A stretch of 63,950 bases of DNA, filler included, from Thraustochytrium aureum (lineage: Eukaryota), in the NCBI GenBank assembly GCA_012862495.1. It is 5 parts of 5 records of this genome, joined end to end, with 100 filler letters (N's around TTAATTAATTAA, not from the genome) between each part and the next. Parts side by side here need not be neighbours in the genome. Positions count along the whole stretch, not along the records: positions 1 to 24,639 come from BLSG01000414.1; 4 more parts are not named here. One strand, written 5' to 3'. A model generated the notes under the pieces. The model was not told where the DNA came from. It saw only the letters and a program-made list of their open reading frames with translations, and searched no databases. Shown one piece after another: positions 1 through 10,254 of this stretch (position 1 is the first letter of the stretch; each line of letters begins with the position of its first letter). The position numbers and the translations under genes are program-made.

Positions 1-61
1 AAGGGAAAAATCAGCGCGCGTTCATCCAGCCCGAAAGGCGTGGCGTCCATTGCGACCTCAC

Positions 62-196
62 CTCCACGTGCTCGGCGGCTGAGATAGCCGTCTGCGAGCA
101 GCCGGCCTCGAAGATCCGCTTTGGTCTCGGCGGCCTGTTGCGCACTCCTGCGGATTGATTGTTGCGAGCAACTTGAGACCCACTGCGCTCCGTCAT
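62..196 (-). CDS. Possible first exon of a gene running off the left window edge
   Basis: ATG at 196 (MTERSGSQVARNN...AEHVE) is followed by a GAG|GTGAGG donor-like site at 61, then a GCTGAT branch-like motif and pyrimidine tract near the edge. No homology recognised. Confidence 0.35.
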
Positions 197-282
197 CTCC
201 GCGCCAGCCAGCCCACAACGTTGGCGGGCAAAACGTCTTGCTGCATCGAGAACGAAAGTGAGAGGCCTTGCCTTGCCCGTCT

Positions 283-597
283 CGAACGGCCTCGCCTGCA
301 TCCGAACGGCCATGTAATCGAACGGCCTCGCCTGCATCCGAACGGCCATAACCTCGCTTGCATCCGCCGAACGGCCATGGCCTCTCCTGCATCCGAACGG
401 CCATGGCCTGGCCTCCATCTGTTTTCTGGATGGCCATGTCCCCGAGCGACCTCTCCAGCATCCGAACGGCCATGACCTCGCCTGCATCCGAACAACCATG
501 GCCTCGCCTCCATCTGGATGGCCATGTCCTCGAACGACCTCGCCTGCATCCGCATGGCTGGCCACGTCCTCGAGGGTGGCCGAGCATCGTCGGATGC
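283..597. repeat. Degenerate minisatellite, core CCTCGCCTGCATCCGAACGGCCATG
   Basis: About ten imperfect copies of the ~25-nt core with short variable linkers, plus partly inverted pieces (GGATGGCCAT, CGGATGC). Confidence 0.85.
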
Positions 598-1002
598 GTC
601 AAACACGAGCTTCGTTCTTGAGCAAGTCTCGCGAATACAGCGCGTACCGAGGAGTCCTCGACGCAGGTGACGAACAAAACATTGGCAAAAACGCGCCGAG
701 GACGCCAGCGAAGGCCGTCGGTCCACGAAGGCGTCGCTCGCTGGCCGGCTGGTGAGCTCTCGATTGCGTCTCGCGGACCTCGGTGGCGCCGGGTCCAGGC
801 CCTGGAGCTGACCCGGGGCTTGTTCTGCCGTCAGAAAAGGCGCGCGCGGACTCGGTCTGTTGTGGAGCCGACGGCGCTCGACTGGCCGCGCTCGGCTTGG
901 TGGTCGGTCGCCTGTCGAACGCGCGCGCTTGCGGTCGTGCCTGCGCTGAGACGGGCAGCAGCGGTGCCGCTGGACCGAGCTGCTGGTGAACGGCGAGCCG
1001 AG

Positions 1003-2373
1003 ATGAGGCCCACGAGTGTCAAGAAGCGCGCCCCGCTCCCGTACGCGTCGGTGAGCAAGGCGGCAGGCAGCGCCGACAGGGGGTGGAAGCCGCGCCGCGG
1101 CGAGGCTCTCGCGGCGATGGTGTTGCTGTTCATGTTCCTGGTCACGTTCGCGAGCCGGCCGCTCGCGCGCGATGAGACCGCCGTGCCGGTCTCGTCGTTG
1201 GCTGCGGGCGGCATGGAAACCGGCGACGTCGCCGACAACGAGTATCCCGTGCAAGACGACGAGGAGTCGCTTGCAGAGGGCAAAGACGTCGCGCTAGAGC
1301 CCAAGCAGCAGAAGGAGCTCATCGAGCACAAGAAGGAGCTGGAGAAAAAGTCAATCGAAGTGATGGAAGACGTGCTGACTGGCAAGGAGAAGGTCACAGT
1401 GGGCGCCTTCAGCATACGCGTGGCCGCTCTGGGCAACCTCCTGTTCAAAGACGGCGCGCAGTACGAGGCCTCCCCAGACATCGTGATCCCATCTGCGCAC
1501 ACGCTTACTGACCGCGACTACAAGCGCATGTGGTACCTCCAGAAGCTGCACGACGAGTTTTTCGAGCGCAACACGCACAAGCGGTACATTCCGCGGCTTG
1601 ATCAGCCCATCTCGCTCAAGCAGTTTCATGAGGTGTTCCGCCAAACCTCGACGCCGGTGGTCATTCCCTTTGAGCAGATGCGCAACCTCGGTGTGCTGAC
1701 CAAGGGCTGGACCATCAAGGAATTGCGCGAAAAGTTCCCGTTCGAGCCAGCCGCGGGCTCCAAGAAGCTCAACTACGACGCGCGCGCCGGCCTGGGCGAC
1801 AAGCCGCTCGACCTCGGCCCTGCGCTCTACGAGCTCGAGCAGAACGCAAAGCTCGTCCGTGGCGCCAAGGGGACCACGCTGCGCAACTTCCCGCGCAACC
1901 TCATGATCAAGCCAAAGTACCTCAGCTTGTTGGACGTGACGCTGCCGCCCTTCTTGCCCAAGAGCCGGTTCCAGGTCCCGACGCTCTGGATGGGCACCAC
2001 TGAGGCGGACACAAAGTTGCACCATGACTGCTGCGACAACTTTGTTTTCCAGATCGCGGGCGTCAAGCGCTGGTTCATCGCGCCGCCGCCGGACGCCCGC
2101 ATGCTGCGCCCCGTCGTCTGCTCGGGCAAGCACCAGAGCCTGTGCTGGGCTGCGCTCAAGTACCCAAACAAGCCGGACCTCGCTCCGCGCGAGAAGGCGA
2201 TGCGCGACTCGCTGCAATACATCATGATCGACCTGCAGCCTGGAGAGATGCTCTTCCTTCCTGCTGGCTGGTACCACCATATCGAGAACCTCGAGCCTAC
2301 GGTGATGGTCAACGTTTGGACGCGCGGGTGCCAGAACTCGGCCGTCGCGCTCGACAACGACCCGAACAGGAGC
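1003..2373 (+). CDS. JmjC/cupin-8 family Fe(II)/2-oxoglutarate oxygenase with N-terminal signal anchor; 3' end in gap
   Basis: LWMG..TKLHHDCCDNFVFQIAGVKRW (HxD motif and 2OG-binding Lys) and LQPGEMLFLPAGWYHHIEN (distal His). Hydrophobic anchor AAMVLLFMFLVTFAS. First ATG at 1003. Confidence 0.88.
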
Positions 2374-3268
2374 NNNNNNNNNNNNNNNNNNNNNNNNNNN
2401 NNNNNNNNNNNNNNNNNNNNNNNNNNNNNNNNNNNNNNNNNNNNNNNNNNNNNNNNNNNNNNNNNNNNNNNNNNNNNNNNNNNNNNNNNNNNNNNNNNNN
2501 NNNNNNNNNNNNNNNNNNNNNNNNNNNNNNNNNNNNNNNNNNNNNNNNNNNNNNNNNNNNNNNNNNNNNNNNNNNNNNNNNNNNNNNNNNNNNNNNNNNN
2601 NNNNNNNNNNNNNNNNNNNNNNNNNNNNNNNNNNNNNNNNNNNNNNNNNNNNNNNNNNNNNNNNNNNNNNNNNNNNNNNNNNNNNNNNNNNNNNNNNNNN
2701 NNNNNNNNNNNNNNNNNNNNNNNNNNNNNNNNNNNNNNNNNNNNNNNNNNNNNNNNNNNNNNNNNNNNNNNNNNNNNNNNNNNNNNNNNNNNNNNNNNNN
2801 NNNNNNNNNNNNNNNNNNNNNNNNNNNNNNNNNNNNNNNNNNNNNNNNNNNNNNNNNNNNNNNNNNNNNNNNNNNNNNNNNNNNNNNNNNNNNNNNNNNN
2901 NNNNNNNNNNNNNNNNNNNNNNNNNNNNNNNNNNNNNNNNNNNNNNNNNNNNNNNNNNNNNNNNNNNNNNNNNNNNNNNNNNNNNNNNNNNNNNNNNNNN
3001 NNNNNNNNNNNNNNNNNNNNNNNNNNNNNNNNNNNNNNNNNNNNNNNNNNNNNNNNNNNNNNNNNNNNNNNNNNNNNNNNNNNNNNNNNNNNNNNNNNNN
3101 NNNNNNNNNNNNNNNNNNNNNNNNNNNNNNNNNNNNNNNNNNNNNNNNNNNNNNNNNNNNNNNNNNNNNNNNNNNNNNNNNNNNNNNNNNNNNNNNNNAA
3201 AAACAAATGCTTTTGATTTCAAATGAGAACTGACCGTGGCAAGGACGGGCCACTCGGCCATTCAAGGA

Positions 3269-5947
3269 CTACAAGGACGGCAAACGACGCGGGCTCGGTC
3301 TGCTTGGACCTTGATCGTCCAGCAGCCGCTCTTCGCGCTGAGCAACAGCAGCGAGTTCGACTCCGCTGCTGGCTGCGTCGCCTACCCTGCTGCGTCGAAC
3401 CTCGTCTTTCTTCGTGGCATCCGCGTCGGTCTCGGGCTGGTCGTCCGCGAGCTCCGGCGGACAGTTTCTACTCACATCGATCGTGTACACGACGGCGGTT
3501 CCGCGCAAACCCTGAATGTTGCCGTCCCGATGAACAAAGACGTGCTGCACGCTTGGATTCCTCCCAAGAGCGAGCGCAAGCGCCCTCGCGCCTGCCGCCG
3601 ACAACAAGTTTCCTGAGAGGTCGACACTTACAGACGGGGAGCGAAATGGGGCTTTTATGAGCTGCGCAAGCCCATCGCCGACGTGGACGTCGGCGAACCC
3701 GTTGTTGGCCAAGTTGAGCCGCAGCGGGGCATCACGCGCGTCACTTTCTTCGAGCATCGTAGCCAGGTGGCCCGCCACTTTGGCCACTACCGCTCGCTGC
3801 TGCTTGCGGTCATAGAACAAGGTTGAACCGAGCTTGCACCCGTCCAGCGCGAGCGTGTACGCCCCATTCTCAAGGACAAAGCAGGAAGCATCGACAAAGT
3901 CAAGAAGCCGCTCCAAGCGGCTCTCTTGAGAGGCTTTGGCTTCGCCAAGCTGGGCCTCCAAGCTTGCGCAGCGCTGCTCGAGGGCCGCCACCTGGTTCAC
4001 CTGGCGCTGAAAATTAGCGTTGGTCGCCGCGGCAAGCTTGAGGTTTTCCGCTCGCAGAGCGTCAAGCTGTTCCTGCAACGTGCGCTGCTCGAGCTCCACC
4101 TTCATTCGGCGCTTGCCCTGCAGCGTCCCCTCCTTGGCCATTCGGCGCCTGAGCTGTACCAACTCGTCCTTATTGGCATCGACTGCCGCCTTTGCTTCCA
4201 CCGCTTCCTCGATTGCGTCGCGCTGCTTGTCGACGGCTTTCAGCACCGTCCCTGACATCTCATGGAGCTGCAGCGTCAGCGCCTTGCGCTGCTCCTCGAG
4301 CGAAAGGATCTGGCCCTTGGCGGCGCGCAGGTCGTCCTCAAGCCGAAGGCGCTTGTCTCGCTCTTGCGCTGCCTGGGCTTGTACCCATCGCTGGGCCTCG
4401 ATGAGGCGCGAGTCAAGTTCCCTGTTCTGGGCGGTGATCTGATCTACCTCGTCGCGCGCCTGCACAACCCTGTCTTCCGCCGCGCGCACGGCGGCTTCTG
4501 CTTGCTGCAGCCGCGATAGCATCGCATAGTGCTTCTCGCGCCTGGACCGGAGCTCCTCGCGCTGCTTCTCAATCGTCAACGAGGTCTCTCGCTCTGTGCG
4601 GTCCAAGCGCTGGCGCAAGGTCTTTTCCTCCGTCGCCCACGTGCTGCGTACGCCAAGGAGCTCCTTTGTGAGGTTCAAAACGCTCTGCCGCTCTGTCGTG
4701 GCTTGGACTTCAAACTCGGCGCATCGAGCCATGGTTGTCTTGTGTTTGCTCCGAAGCCCTTGCAGCTCGTCCTCAAGCTCCGTGTTGCGCTGCTCGAGCT
4801 CCTGGTTGAGGGACTCCTGGTGCTGCAGCAGCTGCAGTAGCTGCGAGTTTTGCTTTGTGGCCACCTCCATGGCAGACTCTTGGCCCGCTTTCACTTGGAC
4901 GGCGCGCTCGAGCTCACTGATGCGGTCCTGCGCGGCGCGCAACTCGTTGCGCAGCCGGCTCGCGTCGCGGTCCTTGCCGATCATTTCGACCTGCACGCGC
5001 TCCATCTCGTTCTCCAGGTGCTCTATGCCTTGCTGCAGGGAGAGGTTGTTCTCGTTCACGAGAGCGATCTGGGAGTCCTTCACCCCGAGCGCTTCGTCGC
5101 GCAGTCCAATCAGTTCGTTTTCGCTAAAAGACCTCGCGCTCAAGCACACATCTTCCTTCTCCACGCGGGCTGCAGCAGTCTTGCGTCGGCTGATCACCGC
5201 GAGCCTGTCGACTTCGTCCTCGAGGCGGCTGATCTGCGCCTTGAGGTCAAAGATCTCGCTGCTCTTGGCGTTCGTGAGCTTGTCCTTTTCTTCGACGGCC
5301 TCGCTCAGCATTTCAAACTCCTCTTCGCTGGCCTGAAGCTGCGACTCGAGCTCGCTCATTGCCTGCTTGCGCCGCTCGAGAGCGCCCTCGAGCTCAGCCA
5401 CCTGCTCGCCCTGGACCCGCAGCATCTCAACCAGCTCGCTCTTCTCGGTCTGCAGGTCGCTTCCTGCGTCTGCTCGCGCACCAAGCTGCATCTTGAGCGC
5501 ATCGATTTCCCTCTGCATCGCCCCAACCTGCGTTCGGTGTTGGTCCTTGAGCGCCTTGAGCCCTCCGCGCCTCTTGCGCCGCGCCCACTCCAGCAGCCCT
5601 CCCAAGCATTGCTCCTCCGTAGCGCGACCCTCGCTGGCTTGGCGCCCCGCCAGCCACCTCGTCGCTTGCAGCTATGGCCAAGCCGCCGTCACCCTCGAGG
5701 CCACCGCCCTCGCTTTCACTTTTGCGCTCGACGCATGGCCATCGACGGCATCCGTGACATAGCCGCGAGCGCCATCATCAGCAGCCTCATCACCGGCATC
5801 CTTGGCATTGCCACGAGCGCCATCATCTTCATTCCCATCGCCGGCATCCTCGACATCGCCGCCAGCGCCAGGATCGGCAGCCTCGTTGGCAACCTTGCCA
5901 AGGCCTTCGCCGTGGCCAGCATCCACGCCCTCCTCTCCATCGGCCAT
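3269..5947 (-). CDS. Long coiled-coil protein with C-terminal RNI-like leucine-rich repeats; 5' part interrupted by a probable error or intron near 5610-5700
   Basis: 778-aa ORF rich in E/Q/R/L heptads. LRR motifs LRLNLANNGF and VDLSGNLLSAAGARALALAL. An acidic upstream ORF (MADGEEG..., ATG 5947) is in the same frame but separated by a TAG. Confidence 0.7.
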
Positions 5948-6102
5948 CACAAGCCGCGAAGCGCGCCAGTATTATCCACGACCACAGAAAGCATCACCGC
6001 ATTCACGACCGCCCAGCAGCGCAGGCCCTGGTGCGCCTGGCGCGATGCGGGACTGCGGGCATCACCACCACGACCTCGACCTCGGCCTCCACCTGCGCCC
6101 AC

Positions 6103-6199
6103 TTACCGGTCTTCTCCAACGGACCTATGTCCCTCTATTTACTGAATGGCTATATATTTATGCACGAATGAGGACCTATAGAGGGCAAACGACCGGTAA
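6103..6199. promoter_or_regulatory. Candidate bidirectional promoter: AT-rich core within nested inverted repeats
   Basis: TATATATTTA at 6151 lies between divergent genes. Inverted pairs TTACCGGTC (6103)/GACCGGTAA (6191) and CCCTCTAT (6131)/ATAGAGGG (6178). Confidence 0.4.
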
Positions 6200-6455
6200 C
6201 ATTTCGCCTTGTTGTTCGATGAACGCTGCGGCGGCAGTCCCAGAAACGCAGAGCCCGCGCGGGGCCAGTCCGTGCGTGCTGCAGGGCGTTGCGCGGGCGG
6301 AGCGTGACCGCTGGCTCCCGCGTGCGCGCCCCGCGCGCAGGCCGCGGACCGCGGGCTTGACTGACGGCGATTGGGAGCGGGCTGTCGAGATTGCGAGCTG
6401 CCGCCACCCAACCGTGCCGCTCGACGAGCCGGCGGTGTAGTGGAGCTGGGGCACG

Positions 6456-9400
6456 ATGGACAAGCCCCCGCCGAGGCCCAGAGGGCCGCCGCCAAAGCCA
6501 GCTGGGGCGCCGCCAGCAAGACCGCCGCCCGTGGCTGCACCAAGACCCCTCGGGCCTGGCGGACCTCGGAGCCCGCCCCCGAGGGGGCCGGTTGGGCCAG
6601 CGAATCCTGCAAAGCCGCCACCGGGCATGCCGCCGCCCAAGAGTCAGGTACTCGCGCCGCCTGGGGCGAAGACGAAACCGACGAGCCCGCCACCTTCATT
6701 GCCGCCCGGCCCGAGGCCAGCCGGGGCACCGCCAAAGGGTTTGCCGCCACGACCCGTCGGCGGGCCGCCTCTTCCTGCTGGCCGACCGCCCATTCCAACT
6801 GGCGGGCCGCCACTTCCTGTTGGTCGGCCGCCTGTTCCAAGCGGCGGACCACCACGTCCAGCCGGAGGGCCTCCAGTCCCGGGCGGGACTCCGCCGCTCC
6901 CAGCCGGAGGCCCACCTCGCCCTTCAGGACGGCCTCCTNNNNNNNNNNNNNNNNNNNNNNNNNNNNNNNNNNNNNNNNNNNNNNNNNNNNNNNNNNNNNN
7001 NNNNNNNNNNNNNNNNNNNNNNNNNNNNNNNNNNNNNNNNNNNNNNNNNNNNNNNNNNNNNNNNNNNNNNNNNNNNNNNNNNNNNNNNNNNNNNNNNNNN
7101 NNNNNNNNNNNNNNNNNNNNNNNNNNNNNNNNNNNNNNNNNNNNNNNNNNNNNNNNNNNNNNNNNNNNNNNNNNNNNNNNNNNNNNNNNNNNNNNNNNNN
7201 NNNNNNNNNNNNNNNNNNNNNNNNNNNNNNNNNNNNNNNNNNNNNNNNNNNNNNNNNNNNNNNNNNNNNNNNNNNNNNNNCGCCGCCAGCAAGCCCCCCT
7301 CCGCCCGAAGGCAAGTCGAGGAGCCCGTTGCGCCGCCTCCCGAGCCCCAAGACGATGTCGACGAGGAAGCCCCTCCTGCGCTCGAGGAGGACACCTCGCG
7401 CAACGCAATGCAGCAGGAGCTCCCCAGGCTGGTGCCAGGCAGGTTTATTATTGAGGTCGTGGAGGGCGTGGGCCTCACCAAGCACGACGCCGCCGCGGCG
7501 ATCACGGCGACGAAAATCGACCCGTACCTCAAGGCGACGCTCGGGGTCCACAAGAAGGCCCCCACGTTCAAGGGCCACGTGCACAAGAACCAAGGCAAGA
7601 ACGTCAAGTTTCAGGAGACCATGGTGCTGAGCATGGTTGACCCCGAGGAGTTTGTCGCGGAGAATGACATTCAGCTCTGCTTGACCGTGATGAACAGCAA
7701 CATTCTCTCGGACGCCGTGCTTGGCCAGGCGGAGGTGTCGATGCTGCCCTTGCTCGTCGACTTTGAGCGCGAGATCACCGTGCCGCTGTACTATCGCAAG
7801 CGCAAGGGCGACCCAAAGGAGAAAGCAGGCGGGCTTCAGCTGCGCGTGCGGTTCCGGCCCGCAAAGTCTGGCTACCTCGTCGTCAAGGTATGCGAGGGCA
7901 GGAAAATGAAAAACATGGAGCTGATGGGCAAGCAGGACCCGTACTGCAAGTTCGAGCTGGGCAAGCAAAAGCCAAGGCGCACCAAGACGATCAAGAACGG
8001 CGGCACCGACTGCTCGTTTGGCGAGGAGCGCGTAATTTTGTGGGTCGACACCAACACGTGGGTGGAGAACCTCAAGTTTTCTGTCTTTGACGAGGACATT
8101 GGCACCGATGACTTGATCGGGGCACGCTCCTTCGACATTTTGGACTTTGTCAGCGACGCTCGCAACGCGGACGAGCTCATGGCGGAGGGCATGGGCCGTG
8201 AGCATGACGAGTGGTACGAGATCTTCCAGGGGAAGAAGCTGGACAAACTCAGCGGCGAGATCCGCCTCAAGGTGCAGTTTTACCCTGCAGGGCGGCTGAC
8301 GATCAACACGATCGAGGCCCGCCACCTGGTCGACAAGGACACCATGGGCAAGCAGGACCCATTTGTGGTTTACATGACCACGTCTGACCACGACATCGCC
8401 AACCTTCGGTTGCGCACGAAGACTGACCGCGACGGCGGCACGGACCCTCGCTGGGACGAAACGTCTGTGTTCCACGTGGTCGACCACCACGAACTGACCA
8501 TGGAGGTCTACGACGAGGACACAATCGGGTCGAACGACCTCATTGGCAAGGCGACGTTTTCCCTCCTCCCGCTGTACCGCAAGGGCGTGATCGACACTTG
8601 GGTCACGCTCAAGAACAAGGACAACTGGGGCCGGGTCACAAAGTGCGGCGAGGTGCACCTGCACCTCGAATTTGAGGGGCCGCCCGCGGTCGCATACCCG
8701 CTCTTGCAGCCAGACATGGACTCGTTCGACGACTCGGGGCGCGAGAATCGCCGCATCTCGCCAGAGGAGGCGGCAGCCGCAGAAGCAGCCAAACAGGCGC
8801 AGGCCGGCTCTGACCGCCCCCCAAACCTGAGCAATGAGTTCACGGGTAAGTTTTGCGCGTGCTTTGCGCTTGCCAGGCGAACGCTTTCGCTTGTCCACGA
8901 TTTGCGTGACTTGGAACGGCTGGTTTTGCTGACGCTCTGATGGGCGCGCGCGCAGACGAGGAGATTGAGCAGTCGTTTCGATTCATCGACCTGAACAAGA
9001 ACAACTTTATCGGCGCGAGCGAGCTGCGGCACCTACTGATCTGCATGGGCGAGCTCATCACGTAAGTCGGCGCGCAATAAGGGGACAATCGGAGGGCCGC
9101 CAACAGAACGCTAACCTGGTTGTTTTACGCCGCGCCAGGGACGAGGAGATCGACGAAATGATTAGGATGGTAGACGGGGATGGCGACGGCCAGGTCTCGT
9201 TCGAAGAGTACGCCGCCCTCATGCTCCACCCAGATCCGGCTTCGCCCTCGTTCAACCCAGCAAAGGTGCTCGAAGCAAAGGGCGGCCATGTCGTCTTGGG
9301 CCTCGACGCCAAGGAGCAGGCCGAGAAGCGTGACGCGGAGGCGGCGGCCAAGCGCGAGAAGATGCTGCTGATGAAGCTTTTCGTGGAGGAGAACGCGGTC

Positions 9401-9871
9401 AAGATGCCGTTTTTGCAGCGCGCCTTCCAAAAGTACCGACTGGTCGACCGCGCGCAAGGCGGCGAGATGGGGCCGGTGGACTTTTCTTCGATGTGCGACC
9501 TTCTGCAAGTGGAGCCCATCGGGGAGTACAAGAAGCTGTTCAAGGTCCTCGACTATGGCGACGAAGGTCGCATCGACATGCGCGAGCTTTTGCTTGGGTT
9601 TTCCAACTTTGTGGGCGGCACGCTGGAAGCGCGCTGCAATCTCTGCTTTGTGATGTTTGACGAGGACGGAAGCGGGACGCTGGACCGCGAGGAGCTCACA
9701 GATATCGTCAAAGCGATCCACCTCGCCTCGGACAAGTCCGTCGTAAAGCGCAAGGTGGACACAATTTTGAAACAGTGCGACGACGACGGCAGTGGGACGA
9801 TCGACCGCGAGGAGTTTGTTGTGGTGGCGCGCCGATTCCCCAACCTCTTGTTCAACACGAACGGCGTGTGA
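6456..9871 (+). CDS. Proline-rich, 3x C2-domain, multi-EF-hand calcium-binding protein (introns 8846-8955, 9062-9138; N gap in Pro-rich part)
   Basis: C2 motifs IDPYLK, GKQDPYCKF..VFDEDIGTDDLIG and GKQDPFV..VYDEDTIGSNDLIG. Splicing at GTAAG..CAG restores the calmodulin-like FTDEEIEQSFRFIDLNKNNFIGASELR..ITDEEIDEMIRMVDGDGDGQVSFEE. Further EF loops DEDGSGTLDREE and DDDGSGTIDREE. Confidence 0.9.
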
Positions 9872-9912
9872 GCAAGGACAGGTTGCGGCGTGTGAGCAAG
9901 GACAGGGTGCGG

Positions 9913-10013
9913 AGGGCGGCTTGGCGACCGCAGGGCGGCTTGGCGACCGCAGGGCGGCTTGGCGACCGCAGGGCGGCTTGGCGACCGCAGGGCGGCTTGG
10001 CGACCGCAGGGCG
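9913..10013. repeat. Perfect 19-nt tandem repeat AGGGCGGCTTGGCGACCGC, five copies plus a partial
   Basis: Directly visible. It is preceded by two copies of GCGTGTGAGCAAGGACAGG, the first overlapping the stop codon of the C2/EF-hand gene. Confidence 0.95.
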
Positions 10014-10254
10014 CTTTCGCTTCCCACCACAAGCATAGCATAGCTCTCTCTCTTGAGGCCAGCTGTTTTAAATCGAATTTGCGGTTTCCTCTCTCTCATC
10101 CTCTCGCGCGTTCCCGCAGGGCCCAGGCGGCATCTGGCAAGGCGCCGCCCGAGCTGCCCACCCTACAATGAACGTCGCCGATGTGAGCCAAGAAAGGTAC
10201 CCTATCCTATTACGTCGCAAGGGCTCAATCGGCCGGTCAGGCGCCAGAGAGAAA

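Noticed and set aside
283..597. CRISPR-like array
   Set aside because: Repeats are degenerate, linkers are short and repeat-derived, there are no cas genes, and the context is eukaryotic.
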